From positions 8,040-72,039 of the forward strand of contig JBGSRC010000007.1 in NCBI GenBank assembly GCA_041737745.1: 64,000 nt of DNA. The letters are read 5' to 3'. Positions 18,478-28,933 of the stretch are shown here, piece by piece; positions within the stretch are counted from its first letter, which is position 1; each line of letters opens with the position of its first letter. This DNA comes from Candidatus Caenarcanales bacterium (GTDB taxonomy: Bacteria > Cyanobacteriota > Vampirovibrionia > Caenarcaniphilales > Caenarcanaceae). Under the pieces are notes generated by a model. It saw nothing but the letters and a program-made list of their open reading frames with translations, made no database searches and was not told the DNA's origin. The position numbers and the translations under genes were made by a program.

Positions 18478-19539
18478 ATGAGTTGTTTGCTTTTGCCTGC
18501 GCCCGCTTTTGCCCCAAATGTTTATGCTGAGTTTGGAGAGGCGCTGCAGGAGAGCTTCTATCGGCCAGAGTTGTTGCAGCCAGTCTTGATTTCTGCTTGC
18601 CAAAAAAAATCCGCCGACAACTGGGCACAGATCAGTTGTCTCGCTAAAGCGCTCAATGACCCCTATACCAGACTGCTTAGACCAGAGGAGGCTCTTACTT
18701 TTTGGTTGCTTTTCTTTGGGCGATCGGAGCATACGGGGCTCTTGCTCGATCCTTTTGACGATTGGCGCATTTTGGCCGTTCAGCCCAGTTCTCCCGCTAG
18801 TCTAGCCGGGATAGAAGCCGGTGATGAGGTGGAGAGCATCGGTGGAAATCCCGTCGCTCTGCTCGATCGCAAAAAAGCAGCGAGTCTTTTAGGTCACAGC
18901 AAGCAACTGCGGCTTGATTTGAAGCGGGAAGATCTGCATTATTCGTTAAGGCTGGAGAGTCGTGAGTTGCAGCTAAAGCCTTTTTTCTTGACCGTACTGA
19001 GCAAAGACACTTTCTATTTGCAGGTGATTGATTTGCTGGATAGGCGTTTTGTCTTTTTGCTCAAAAAAGAGCTGAAAGCGCGACTAAGAGCAGGCCAAAA
19101 ACTAATAATCGATTTGCGGGGAGTGCGAGGGGGCTTACTTGAGAACGGCCTGAAGAGCTGCGATCTCTTTGTTTCTGAGGGATCTTTGGCGGTGATCGGT
19201 GATAGTGGAGGTGAGAAGTCTTTTTTGGCCGATGATTTCGCACTCCCAGAGCAAGAGATAGCTCTTTTGGTCGATGATGAAACGGCTAGTGCGGCAGAGC
19301 TTTTGGCTATTTGTTTGAGGCAAATGCCCGGTACTCGCATTATTGGGGAGAAGACTTTTGGGAAGGGGAAGATACAGGAGTTGCATACGCTCAGTGATGG
19401 TGCTACTGTTTCGATCACCAATGCTTCTTTCACTGGACCACATGGCGAAGTTCTCGATGGGAGGGGGATTGAGCCTGATCTGGTTGAAGAGGATCGTTCC
19501 TTTCAGCTTTTGGAGGCGATGATCGGCAAGACTCAGTAA
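18478..19539 (+). CDS. S41 family C-terminal processing protease with PDZ domain
   Basis: LNDPYT, PDZ (SPASLAGI), IDLRG..GG, TASAAE, TFGKG, GIEPD; start uncertain. Confidence 0.85.
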   Translation: MSCLLLPAPAFAPNVYAEFGEALQESFYRPELLQPVLISACQKKSADNWAQISCLAKALNDPYTRLLRPEEALTFWLLFFGRSEHTGLLLDPFDDWRILAVQPSSPASLAGIEAGDEVESIGGNPVALLDRKKAASLLGHSKQLRLDLKREDLHYSLRLESRELQLKPFFLTVLSKDTFYLQVIDLLDRRFVFLLKKELKARLRAGQKLIIDLRGVRGGLLENGLKSCDLFVSEGSLAVIGDSGGEKSFLADDFALPEQEIALLVDDETASAAELLAICLRQMPGTRIIGEKTFGKGKIQELHTLSDGATVSITNASFTGPHGEVLDGRGIEPDLVEEDRSFQLLEAMIGKTQ

Positions 19540-19625
19540 GTAAGAACTTTTCAGCTCGCTTCAGGTAGACATTGAGTAACTGTTTTCTTGGTCTTATTTC
19601 CCCCCAGTAAAAAGGCAGCGTTCGG

Positions 19626-19700
19626 CTCACTGGAGGTTTAGGAAAATTGGTTTTCCAGAGGAGGCTCTCAACCCCTAAAACCCCTCTGAGAGCAGAGGAA
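19626..19700 (+). repeat. ~75-bp intergenic repeat element, copy A
   Basis: CTCACTGGAGGTTTAGGAAAATTGGTTTTCC..CAACCCCTAAAA, related to 38612-38685 (+) and 60561-60632 (-). Confidence 0.55.
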
Positions 19701-19715
19701 GTGAAAAGTCTAAAA

Positions 19716-20471
19716 CTATCTCTCCTCTTGAATAGTCCCAGTCACACTAGCATTGTAAGAATTGATCCCGTCAAGAATAGACTCAGTCAATTCACCTTCC
19801 GTGTTCGCCTCATAAAACTTTCCATCAGTAGAAGCGGCTATACACTCCATTTGCTTAAGCGCTCTAGGATCAGAGCCTAAACCAAAACCGACTACATTGA
19901 ATTGAATATCAATTCCCGCACTATCCATACTGCGCGCAAGCGAACAAGGATCGAAACCACAGGTGTCCATTCCGTCACTGATCAAGACCACGCTCTTTTG
20001 GTCGCTGCTTATATTTGCTAGATCCCGTTGGGCTTCGCGCATAGCGAGGCTGATCGGTGTCGCTCCCGAGGGCTTGAGGCTTTGAAAAGCGCTGACGATC
20101 TTTCTTTTGTTTCCTAGGCCAAGGGGAACCATCAAGACGCTGTCTTGGCAGTCTTGGGTTGGGTTGTAGCTGGGATCCGAGCTGCCATAGACCCTTAGGC
20201 CGAGCTTCACGTCATCACTCACCTTGGAGAGCACTCCTTCTAGGACATTTTTGGCCATCAGCATTTTTGTCTTGTAGCCATTGGCCGGATCGCTCATGCT
20301 GCCTGAGGCGTCGAGGATGATCAGCACTGCTCTGGAGCCGCTGCCTTCAGCTCGGGCTTCTATGTTTTGTTTGGATTGGAGGAAGGGATTGTTGGAGGCG
20401 CTTTGGGCGCTTGCATTCAGCAAAAACAGGCTGAAGATGGCGAATATTCTTGCAGCTGAGTTCATTGTCAT
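19716..20471 (-). CDS. Exported VWA-domain protein
   Basis: MIDAS motif ILDASGSM, GATPI, ISDG; signal peptide. Confidence 0.9.
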   Translation of the reverse strand: MTMNSAARIFAIFSLFLLNASAQSASNNPFLQSKQNIEARAEGSGSRAVLIILDASGSMSDPANGYKTKMLMAKNVLEGVLSKVSDDVKLGLRVYGSSDPSYNPTQDCQDSVLMVPLGLGNKRKIVSAFQSLKPSGATPISLAMREAQRDLANISSDQKSVVLISDGMDTCGFDPCSLARSMDSAGIDIQFNVVGFGLGSDPRALKQMECIAASTDGKFYEANTEGELTESILDGINSYNASVTGTIQEER

Positions 20472-20575
20472 ATCCCAATGATAAGAGTCTTTGCTTTGGT
20501 GTCGTTTTAGGATCTTGTAAAAAGCAAAGCTGAGCTTTGATCGAATCAAAACATTCTGGGTGAAGCCTCATGCTT

Positions 20576-21847
20576 CTAGCGAACACTGACAGTCCTCCGG
20601 CTCAAAATAGTCGGCTTCTCATCAGCCCTCCCGCGAAATCCCCAAATATTTACATAATAAATCCCCGGCCCCCACTCCCCTAAACCAAGAGACCCCGAAA
20701 AGTTTCCGCTAGAATCGCTGCTAACGCCCTCTCTCACCTGCACATCTTGCAGCTTGTAGGTACTTGCAAGCATCTGCCCCAAAACGTCAGCCACAATGGC
20801 ACTGGCCCCATAAGTGAATGGAGCGGCAATCATCGCTAGGATCATTCCACCTGTCATCGCCAAGTTTTTCACCCGATCATTGCTCTTGTTCATGTAAACC
20901 ACTTGGTCTGATGGAGGAAAATAATCTTGTCCCGGCTCTGGATGTTCAAATTTTTTGTGCGCTAAGCCGATCCAAGCGAGCCTATAACCGCCGCCAGTCT
21001 GACCGCTCACCGTGATCCCGCCTCCACCAGAGAGCGCTTTCGGGATTGGGGAAAAGTTTCCTTCTTGAGTCAAAAGCTCAATCACCACCACTAATTGCTG
21101 CTTGTCAGGACTGAGCAGGAAAGCAATGCCGGCCATATTACTTTCGGGGTTGAAGACCAGATCGGCTTTGTCTGTGCTTTCTGTAATCGCATCCATCAAC
21201 TGACCTGCTAGCTCAGGGCTAGACTCGATCGGTTTACTTTGCTGGTTTTCGCCGATAGGCGCAAAAAAACCATCAACCAGTTCCAGTATTTTTCCGGTGC
21301 CACCCAGAGCGGTGTAGCGCTGATCGGGATTATTCTCGCCTCTTCCATAGCTGCTAAAGAGTCGATTCTGAATGAGAAAATTGGCCTGCTCAAGAGCCAT
21401 CTTCTGCGCTGTCGGATCGAGGGTGAGCGGATTGAGGCGACGAAAAGAGCGCTCCTCATTGATTGCTTTGAGTAGTTTGTTCGCTAGCTGTTCGTCACTG
21501 GCTAGGGGTTTGCTACTTGGAGCTTCTGGTCTGTTTAGCTCTTGCCCTTGCCCCTGCGCTTGGGCTTGACTGGCTTCGTTTTCTTGGCTTGGGAGCTTGA
21601 AACTGGCCGGAATCGGGGCGCTGGGGACTTTGAGTAGGGTTAGTAGTCTTGTCTCACGTTGCCCGCTAGCTTCTGCTGGATAGCTTTGGCCGAGGGCCAG
21701 CTCTTCGAGTCTTGTCAGTCTTTGCTGGCTGCTTTCTTGGGAGAAAGTTTGGCCTAAGAGCTGCTCTTCGAGCTTAGCTATGTTACTTTCAGCGCTCAGA
21801 GTTGGTGTCACAAAGCAGATAGCCAGCAGGAGCAAGAGAACAGTCAT
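20576..21847 (-). CDS. Exported CAP/SCP-domain protein
   Basis: Signal peptide; LLKAINEER..LNPL..D..MA..QA CAP start; N-terminal RLTRLEE repeats. Confidence 0.7.
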   Translation of the reverse strand: MTVLLLLLAICFVTPTLSAESNIAKLEEQLLGQTFSQESSQQRLTRLEELALGQSYPAEASGQRETRLLTLLKVPSAPIPASFKLPSQENEASQAQAQGQGQELNRPEAPSSKPLASDEQLANKLLKAINEERSFRRLNPLTLDPTAQKMALEQANFLIQNRLFSSYGRGENNPDQRYTALGGTGKILELVDGFFAPIGENQQSKPIESSPELAGQLMDAITESTDKADLVFNPESNMAGIAFLLSPDKQQLVVVIELLTQEGNFSPIPKALSGGGGITVSGQTGGGYRLAWIGLAHKKFEHPEPGQDYFPPSDQVVYMNKSNDRVKNLAMTGGMILAMIAAPFTYGASAIVADVLGQMLASTYKLQDVQVREGVSSDSSGNFSGSLGLGEWGPGIYYVNIWGFRGRADEKPTILSRRTVSVR

Positions 21848-21893
21848 GCTCTGATATGATGAGAGATTAAGGTTTAAAACTGAACTTCTCGCT

Positions 21894-22412
21894 TTGCTTC
21901 TCATCAGGCCACTTAGTGCTTATCTTTTTTTGACTTTAGCATCGCTTTGGTCTATTTTTCTTTCTTGTTCTTTAGAGACAGTCAAAGAGCAATGGATTAT
22001 CAGCGCAATCGACAGAGGTGAAAGTTGGAATCACTATGGCTTCAAGAGCGTCAAGAGTAAAATTTACGGCTTGGAAAAAAACCGGCTCAACGCAAGCAGC
22101 CAAAAACAAACAGATCCAGCCTATGACATAAACCGAGCCAATCTCGATCGGGAAATTATCCGTTATGACCGCGAGCAGAAAAAAATCCAAGTAGAGGCAA
22201 TAGACCAAGATTTTCAGCACACAGAGAGCGCTCAGCGCCTTTGGAGTCTTAGCTTGGCCGAAAAGTTCTCTTTTGCCTGTTTGCTTTTTCTAGTCTTGGA
22301 GTTTGCTTTGGGGCAGGCTGGCGGACTGCTTCCGTTGAAGGTTCTGCAAGGGCTGTTTTTTATCAGCTCCTTAGTTTCATATTCTCTTCCGTTCTGGCCA
22401 AAAGGCTTTTAG
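21894..22412 (+). CDS. Hypothetical membrane protein
   Basis: N-terminal and C-terminal hydrophobic segments around a coiled-coil. Confidence 0.55.
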   Translation: MLLIRPLSAYLFLTLASLWSIFLSCSLETVKEQWIISAIDRGESWNHYGFKSVKSKIYGLEKNRLNASSQKQTDPAYDINRANLDREIIRYDREQKKIQVEAIDQDFQHTESAQRLWSLSLAEKFSFACLLFLVLEFALGQAGGLLPLKVLQGLFFISSLVSYSLPFWPKGF

Positions 22413-23820
22413 CGGCATTTTCCAAGGCAGTGAGCTGTTCGGGGCTGCTGGTCTCCAAGTAGACGCGCATGATAGGTTCAGTCCCGCTAGCTCTAGCCAG
22501 TACCCACGATCCGTCAGCGAGAGTCAGTTTGATCCCATCTACTGAGCTCAGAGCAGCTACTTGCAAGCCGGCAAAGTTGCCGTGGCTTTCTCCCAGTTTT
22601 TTCAGTTCGGCGGAAAAGAGAGCTTTGACCCTGTCTTCGACATGTAGGTCTAGGCGTTTGGCTTGGGGGTCATAGTTGCAGAGAGCCACCGCTTCTTTCC
22701 AGAGTTGGTTGAGGGTTTTTCCGGTTTTGGCCATCGCTTCTGCTACGAGTAAACAAGCTAAGATTCCATCTTTTTCGGGGATATGTCCGAGTATGCTCAG
22801 GCCTCCCGATTCTTCGCCACCGATCAAGACTGGCTGAGTGAGCATCACTTCGCAGATATACTTGAAGCCGACCTTGGTTTCGACCAGCGGTAGGCCATAG
22901 TGAGCGGCTAGTCTATCGAGCATTTGGGTAGTAGAGACAGTGCGGACGATGGCACCTTTCAGTCCTCGCTGTTCGTGCAGGTAGCGAGCGAGAATCACGA
23001 TGATTTGGTTTGGGGTGTAATAGAGCCCCTCAGCGTCGATGATCCCAAAGCGATCGGCGTCACCGTCATTGGCTAAGCCTAGATCGAGTTTGTGGGCGAC
23101 AATATTGGCCGTTAGTTCTAGCAGACAGCTAGCCTTTGGTTCTGGCAGGCTTCCCCGAAACAAGGGATCTCTTTCTTCGCCAAGAGCGACTTTTGCGCCC
23201 AAGAGCTGACTGAGATAACCGCGACCGGCACCGTTCATCGCATCAGTCCCGATCTTTAGGCCGCTTTTCAGGATTGCATCGAGGTCTACTAGCCCCAAGA
23301 GCGCTTTTTCGTAAGCTGGTCTTGGGTCGAAGTGTTTTACTTCTTGATTTGTTAGCTCAGGGCGACTGGGGGCAATGTAACCTGTGGAAAAGAAGCTTTC
23401 GCTATGAAGAGCGATTGCGGCTGTGATCTCTTCGTTGGCGGGGCCTCCATAGGGCGGAATATATTTCAGGCCACAATAGTAAGCTGGGTTGTGGCTGGCC
23501 GTAAACTGAAGCGCGCCAGCGCTAGGAATATCCGTGGCTGCGTGGGCGATCACCGGGGTTGGGGTGTCTCTGATCGTGAGCAGAGTCTTGCGACCCAATG
23601 ACTCCGAAAGCTGAGCGGCATAGAGGGCGAACTCGTCAGCGAGAAAACGCGGATCGTAGCTTATCAAGAGCGGCTTGCTTTGATCGTAGACATTGTGTAG
23701 ATAGGTGACTATCGCTTTGGTCACTAGTCCTACATTGGCGAAGGTAAAGTCTTCTGCGATGATTGCGCGCCAGCCATCTGTGCCGAATTTGATCTTAGAA
23801 GTGTGCTCGCTCATGTTCAT
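22363..23820 (-). CDS. Phosphoglucomutase/phosphomannomutase family protein
   Basis: FGTDGWR, TASHNP, DGDADR, GEESGG, RASGTEP. Confidence 0.93.
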   Translation of the reverse strand: MNMSEHTSKIKFGTDGWRAIIAEDFTFANVGLVTKAIVTYLHNVYDQSKPLLISYDPRFLADEFALYAAQLSESLGRKTLLTIRDTPTPVIAHAATDIPSAGALQFTASHNPAYYCGLKYIPPYGGPANEEITAAIALHSESFFSTGYIAPSRPELTNQEVKHFDPRPAYEKALLGLVDLDAILKSGLKIGTDAMNGAGRGYLSQLLGAKVALGEERDPLFRGSLPEPKASCLLELTANIVAHKLDLGLANDGDADRFGIIDAEGLYYTPNQIIVILARYLHEQRGLKGAIVRTVSTTQMLDRLAAHYGLPLVETKVGFKYICEVMLTQPVLIGGEESGGLSILGHIPEKDGILACLLVAEAMAKTGKTLNQLWKEAVALCNYDPQAKRLDLHVEDRVKALFSAELKKLGESHGNFAGLQVAALSSVDGIKLTLADGSWVLARASGTEPIMRVYLETSSPEQLTALENAAKSLLARTEENMKLRS

Positions 23821-23842
23821 TTTTGTGTTCTGTTGTCCCCCA

Positions 23843-25858
23843 TTATGGCTTTTTTGGATCGAGAAAACGAAAAAACTTTCCATCACTGGCAAAAGGTCTA
23901 AAGTCGCCCGCTTGCCGGGTAAAGAGCGCTTCCGGTTTTTCCTCACTAGCCTTGGGTTTGACCGCTAGTTGCTGGTAGAGCGTTAAGCTTGTGTTTTGCT
24001 CTAATAAGATCTGGTTTTGGCTGAAATTGCCGAGCAGAGTAAAAGCGCGGTAGTTGACCAAAAAAGCATGGTCGCCTAGCTCTATGCTGGTAGCGCCTAA
24101 AGTGAGCGATTTTGCCCCCCAAGTAAGGCGTCTTTGGATTTTCACCCGCCCTTCGAGCGGACAATCACCGACCAAAAGAGCCAAATCGCCACTGGAATTA
24201 GCGAGAAGAATCGAATTGAGCTTGCGACTGAGGCGTTCTTTGGCCGTTTTGCTGAGATTGTTTTTGTTCGGCTGGCAGAAAAGGAGCTTTTCTTTTTGGC
24301 TAGTCTCGACGAAAAGCGCCCGCCAGCCAGTACCCTCAAGCACTGTTGCTCTGAGCTCGCCATTGCTGAAGGGTTTGCAGTAAATAACACCTAAGCAGAG
24401 CCCGCTAGCCGCCAAAAAATGCCAAGCAAAATAGCCCGGAAAACGAGTGAGGCTAACCAGCGCCAAATAGAGCCAGAAGGCGAGCTCAGCCGGTAGAGGA
24501 GCAAGCTGGAACTGAGCCCCTGGCAAGCTAGCCAAGCCCAAGACCAGTCCCTCCAAAAGATCGAGGCTGAAGGCCAGTGGAAAGCTGACCAAAGCTAAAA
24601 GGGCCAAACCAAAGCTCCCCATAGCACTCAAAGAAGCATTGAGCAGCGCTAAAACTAAGATCAGTGAACTGAGCGGTACCGCGAGCAAATTGGCGGGGAG
24701 CGAGTAAAGCCCCAAACCACCAAAATGCATCAGCTGTAAAGGCAAGACCAGCAACTGTCCGGTGAAAGGCAACAAGAGAGGCTCAGCCAGCCCGCGCGGC
24801 AAAAAAGTGCAGGCCTTGGCTAGAGGCTCCTGAAACAATAAAATCCCGAGCGTACAAAGATAAGAAAACTGAAATCCGAGATCTCCGAGCGTGTAGGGAT
24901 CGGCCAGCACGCTGAAGCAAGCTGCCAAAGCCAAACAGTTGAGCGTTTTGATCCGCTTATCAAAGAGCCTTCCAGCCAGTACAAACAAACATAAAATCCA
25001 AGCTCGTAACACTGAAGGCGACCACCCAGAGAGTAAAGCATAAAGAGTACTCAGGACGAGTAGGCAAGGAATGCGTGTCTTGGCGGGGAGAAAAGGAGCC
25101 AGCAAAAACTCCAAAAAGAGAAAAAGCACAGCAAAATGCGTCCCAGAAGCAGCGAAGATATGACTTAAGCCCAAGACTCGTCCCGCTTCAGCTAGATCGG
25201 CCGGTAAGGCAAACTCGCTAGCTCGGCTGAAAAGCAAGACTGAGACTATGGCGTACTGAGAGCTGCTCAGGGTCAGGCGCAGGCCGGTGGCGAGCTGGTT
25301 TTGGAGATCGGCTAAGGGGCCTAATGTCTGTGATCCCCAGTTGGTTGGCCTAGTTAGCTTTCTGGTTTCGGCCTGATAGATACTGCCTACTATTCGCTGA
25401 GACCGCCAATAGTCTTCAAGAGCTGCTCTTGGCCAAGCGGGAGCTGGTGAGCGTGCTTCTAGTCTTCCTGAGAGCCAAAGTTGGTCGCCGGGTTTTACGG
25501 CGTCGGTTTTGCTCTTGAGCTTGACATTGAGCCGGTTGCCGTCAGGAAGCTCAGCCAAAAAGCCCTGTTGGCGATTTGGGGTGAGCACAGTGACCGAGAG
25601 GCAGAGCTCAGTGGTGGGCAAGCGTGCCGGATCTTTCACTCGCAAGGCGACATTGCCTGCACCGAGTAACAGTGCGAATAGCCCGCAACAGACACTGACC
25701 CGGCTTACCCCTAGTTCCAGAAAGATCCAGAGAAAAGCCAAACCGATAGTCAAAATCAGCCAAGGCAGCTCTAGACTTGACCAAACAGAAAAACTAGCCA
25801 GCAAAAAAAGTCCAGCGCTAGCAACTAGTAGTTTGTCAGGGGCTGTCTGAGACACCAA
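23843..25858 (-). CDS. comEC: ComEC/Rec2 competence protein
   Basis: HIFAASGTH, SPSVLRA, DLGFQFSY; multiple TM segments. Confidence 0.88.
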   Translation of the reverse strand: MVSQTAPDKLLVASAGLFLLASFSVWSSLELPWLILTIGLAFLWIFLELGVSRVSVCCGLFALLLGAGNVALRVKDPARLPTTELCLSVTVLTPNRQQGFLAELPDGNRLNVKLKSKTDAVKPGDQLWLSGRLEARSPAPAWPRAALEDYWRSQRIVGSIYQAETRKLTRPTNWGSQTLGPLADLQNQLATGLRLTLSSSQYAIVSVLLFSRASEFALPADLAEAGRVLGLSHIFAASGTHFAVLFLFLEFLLAPFLPAKTRIPCLLVLSTLYALLSGWSPSVLRAWILCLFVLAGRLFDKRIKTLNCLALAACFSVLADPYTLGDLGFQFSYLCTLGILLFQEPLAKACTFLPRGLAEPLLLPFTGQLLVLPLQLMHFGGLGLYSLPANLLAVPLSSLILVLALLNASLSAMGSFGLALLALVSFPLAFSLDLLEGLVLGLASLPGAQFQLAPLPAELAFWLYLALVSLTRFPGYFAWHFLAASGLCLGVIYCKPFSNGELRATVLEGTGWRALFVETSQKEKLLFCQPNKNNLSKTAKERLSRKLNSILLANSSGDLALLVGDCPLEGRVKIQRRLTWGAKSLTLGATSIELGDHAFLVNYRAFTLLGNFSQNQILLEQNTSLTLYQQLAVKPKASEEKPEALFTRQAGDFRPFASDGKFFRFLDPKKP

Positions 25859-25860
25859 CC

Positions 25861-27297
25861 CTAATAGGCTTTAGCGACCCAGACCCGTCTCTTGCTCGGC
25901 TTTCCGGTCATAATGCAGACGCCCTCTTCGTCGGCTTCATCGAAGGGGCAGACTCTGATGCTCGCTTTGGTTTTGGTTTGCAGCTCTTTTTCTTCTTCTT
26001 TGCCGCCAGCCCAGTGCACCCGCGCAAAGCCGCCATTTCCTGTGCTCAGTTTTTCGCTGAGCTCTTCGAGGCTTTCGACGGTGAAAGTATTTTCTCGTAC
26101 CCAGCTTCTGTTTCGCTCTAGCAGGGCGGCTTGAATGGAGCTCAGCTCTTCTTGCACTTTGGCGCTTAGTGCTGCCCGGGGAATATCTCTGGTTTTTACT
26201 CGAGTGTCTCTGCGCGCTAGTTCAGCACAGTCGTTTTTCACGTCACGAGGACCGAGATGAATGCGCAATGGCGCTCCTTTCAGTTCCCATTTGTTGAATT
26301 TGGCTCCCGGTGAGCTCTGATCGTCATCATCGACGAAGATTCTCAGGCCCGCTTCTTTCAGTTCTGCCTTCAGTTCAGCACAGGAAGCCAGCACAAGGCT
26401 CTTCTCTTCTTCGGTCTTGTAGATCGGGATGATCACAACTTGGTAGGGCGCAACGGCCGGAGGCAAGATCAAGCCGAGCTCGTCTTGGTGCCCGAGGATC
26501 AAAGCGCCAATCAGCCTGGTAGAGACGCCCCAAGAGTTGAGGTGGGCGAACTCGAGCTCATTTTGTTTGCTCTGGTAGGTGATCTCAAAAGCTTTGGCGA
26601 AACCCTGACCCAAATAATGCGAAGTGCCGGACTGGAGCGCTTTGCCGTCACGCAATAATACTTCTAACGAATAGGTCCGCTCGGCTCCGGCAAAACGTTC
26701 GTTTTCGCTCTTCTCGCCGACTACTGGCGCTAGCGCCAAGATCTCTTCAAAGAATTGTCTATAGGTCTCGAGCATCCGTCTAGCGTCGCCATCAGCGCTT
26801 TCTCGGGTGGCGTGTGCTGTATGTCCTTCTTGCCACAAAAACTCGGTGGTACGCAAAAACAGTCTGGTGCGCATTTCCCAGCGGACTACGTTCGCCCACT
26901 GGTTGATCCCATAGGGCAAGTCGCGCCAAGAGCGGATCCATTTGCCGAACATGTGATAGATGATCGTCTCGGAGGTCGGCCTGATCACGAGCGGCTCTTC
27001 GAGCTTTTCGCCGCCAGCATGGGTGACGACGGCGCATTCGGGGGCAAAGCCTTCGACGTGTTCGGCTTCCTTGCGCATAAAGCTTTCCGGAATCAAGAGC
27101 GGAAAGTAGGCATTCGGGTAGCCGCAGTCTTTGATTCGGCGGTCTAGGTCTTTTTGGATGTTTTCCCAAATCGCGTAGCCATAGGGCTTGATCACCATGC
27201 AGCCACGTACTGGCGAATAGTCTGCTAGATCTGCTTTGTAGGCTAGGTCTGAGAGCTCATGTACTTCGCTTTTGGGCTGGAAAGTGGATTCTTTCAT
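25861..27297 (-). CDS. proS: Proline--tRNA ligase (archaeal/eukaryote-like type)
   Basis: IRPTSET, FLRTTEFLWQEGHT, SWGVSTR, C-terminal VAKAY. Confidence 0.95.
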   Translation of the reverse strand: MKESTFQPKSEVHELSDLAYKADLADYSPVRGCMVIKPYGYAIWENIQKDLDRRIKDCGYPNAYFPLLIPESFMRKEAEHVEGFAPECAVVTHAGGEKLEEPLVIRPTSETIIYHMFGKWIRSWRDLPYGINQWANVVRWEMRTRLFLRTTEFLWQEGHTAHATRESADGDARRMLETYRQFFEEILALAPVVGEKSENERFAGAERTYSLEVLLRDGKALQSGTSHYLGQGFAKAFEITYQSKQNELEFAHLNSWGVSTRLIGALILGHQDELGLILPPAVAPYQVVIIPIYKTEEEKSLVLASCAELKAELKEAGLRIFVDDDDQSSPGAKFNKWELKGAPLRIHLGPRDVKNDCAELARRDTRVKTRDIPRAALSAKVQEELSSIQAALLERNRSWVRENTFTVESLEELSEKLSTGNGGFARVHWAGGKEEEKELQTKTKASIRVCPFDEADEEGVCIMTGKPSKRRVWVAKAY

Positions 27298-27318
27298 AAT
27301 TTTTATAGTTTACTGCAA

Positions 27319-27960
27319 TTAAATTTTCTCTTCTGGTTTGAGACTTTGCGGGAGCTCTTTGATTTCATTGGGTAGCAAGCTTTCTAATGCTTGAAGTAGA
27401 TTGCCCAGATTGCTGGCTGGTAGGCTGAGTGAGAGCGTGTTTTTGCCTTTTTTGCTGATGAGCGTGGCTGGCAACAAGATCTTTGTCCCTTCCATGCTGG
27501 CACAGGCTTTTGTGCAGGCAGCATTCGCTAATTTCTTTTTGCCTCGCTGGCAGACTGGTAGGCTGGCTTCTGAGACCAGACAGCTCAGATCTTTTTGTTG
27601 GAGTAAGTAGGCTTCCGGATAGTAGCTGATATTGCTGGAGTCCAGCTTGAAGTTTTGTAGATCTTTGCGGTCATTTAGTTTGCTGTTGGTGTTTGGCTGA
27701 TTTAGGCTCAGAGAGCCTTGTTCGCCCTTGGTGTTCTGGAAAATCAACTTTAAGCTTTTGCCTGTTTGCTTCTCGATCGATTTGAAACTGAAAGCAGTGC
27801 CCTCTAGATTCATGATTTTCGGCTCAGCATCGGCGAGAGTGAGACCAGTAAGACTGAGTGTTTTGGTGCGAGCGGCAGGCCAGCTGATACTCTCTTCTCT
27901 GGCCCAAACAGAGCTAGGCAGAGCAATCAGCAGACTGAGCGCTAATATTTTGGTAAGCAT
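27319..27960 (-). CDS. Hypothetical exported protein
   Basis: Clear Sec signal peptide; four Cys; TATAAT 9 nt upstream of the ATG. Confidence 0.65.
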   Translation of the reverse strand: MLTKILALSLLIALPSSVWAREESISWPAARTKTLSLTGLTLADAEPKIMNLEGTAFSFKSIEKQTGKSLKLIFQNTKGEQGSLSLNQPNTNSKLNDRKDLQNFKLDSSNISYYPEAYLLQQKDLSCLVSEASLPVCQRGKKKLANAACTKACASMEGTKILLPATLISKKGKNTLSLSLPASNLGNLLQALESLLPNEIKELPQSLKPEEKI

Positions 27961-27991
27961 CTTGGGGTTATTATAGGTCTTTTATCTTGAC

Positions 27992-28933
27992 ATGAAGCAA
28001 GCTTACTATTCATTCAATCATTATCTGAAAGAAACCTTCGGCTGTCCGGTCTGGCGAGTAACTCTAGAAGCCGGTTTCGATTGCCCGAACCGTGATGGCA
28101 AGAGGGCTTTTGGCGGCTGTACTTTCTGCACTGCTGACGGTTCTTCGTCCCGTGCTCAAGATCCAGCTGATAGTCTTGAGCTTCAGCTCCAAAAGGGGAT
28201 AGCCAAGCAACGTCGGCGTTTCGGTGCCGAAAAATTCATCGCCTATCTGCAATCTTTCACCAGCACCTATGGCTCGGTTGAGCACTTAAAGAGCATCTAT
28301 GACCGAGTGACTGCTCATCCAGACGTTGTGATGCTCAGTTTGGGGACTAGACCAGACTGCCTTGAGCCCGATGTGCTCGAATTAATCGCCGAATACAGTG
28401 AAAAGCTAGAAGTTTGGCTAGACCTTGGCCTTCAGTCAGCCGACAATCAAATCCTGGAAAAAATCAATAGAGCGCATACGGCCGAAGAGTTCTTTGAGTC
28501 AGTGGATCGCGCGAAGCGCATTGCCCCAAAAGTGAAGATCTGCGCCCATCTAATCGCTGGTCTGCCCGGTGAAGACGGTGATCCAGAGCTCAAGGCTAGT
28601 CGGGCTAGTTTGTTGGCGCTAGCTGCTGCTCCGATCGATGGGATCAAGATCCATAATCTTTGCGTGCTGGCTGGGACAGCGATCGCTCGTGATTTTGCGC
28701 GTGGAGAAATACTTCCTCTAGAGCTCGATCATTATCTTGATTTTTTGCGGTTTGCGATCGCTCATTTGCCTCCGCACATAGTGATTCATCGTTTAATGGG
28801 GGAGGCGCCTACAGTGGAAGAGCTTTTGGCTCCTAGCTGGGCTGCTAAGAAAGATTTTTTCCTGAGTTCGCTTCGTCAGTCTCTGCAGGAAGCTAACATT
28901 GAGCAGGGTTGTGCTTTGAAAACTCATGTCTGA
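27992..28933 (+). CDS. TIGR01212 (YhcC-like) radical SAM protein
   Basis: CPNRDG...GGCTFC, GTRPDC, LGLQS, GIKIH. Confidence 0.9.
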   Translation: MKQAYYSFNHYLKETFGCPVWRVTLEAGFDCPNRDGKRAFGGCTFCTADGSSSRAQDPADSLELQLQKGIAKQRRRFGAEKFIAYLQSFTSTYGSVEHLKSIYDRVTAHPDVVMLSLGTRPDCLEPDVLELIAEYSEKLEVWLDLGLQSADNQILEKINRAHTAEEFFESVDRAKRIAPKVKICAHLIAGLPGEDGDPELKASRASLLALAAAPIDGIKIHNLCVLAGTAIARDFARGEILPLELDHYLDFLRFAIAHLPPHIVIHRLMGEAPTVEELLAPSWAAKKDFFLSSLRQSLQEANIEQGCALKTHV

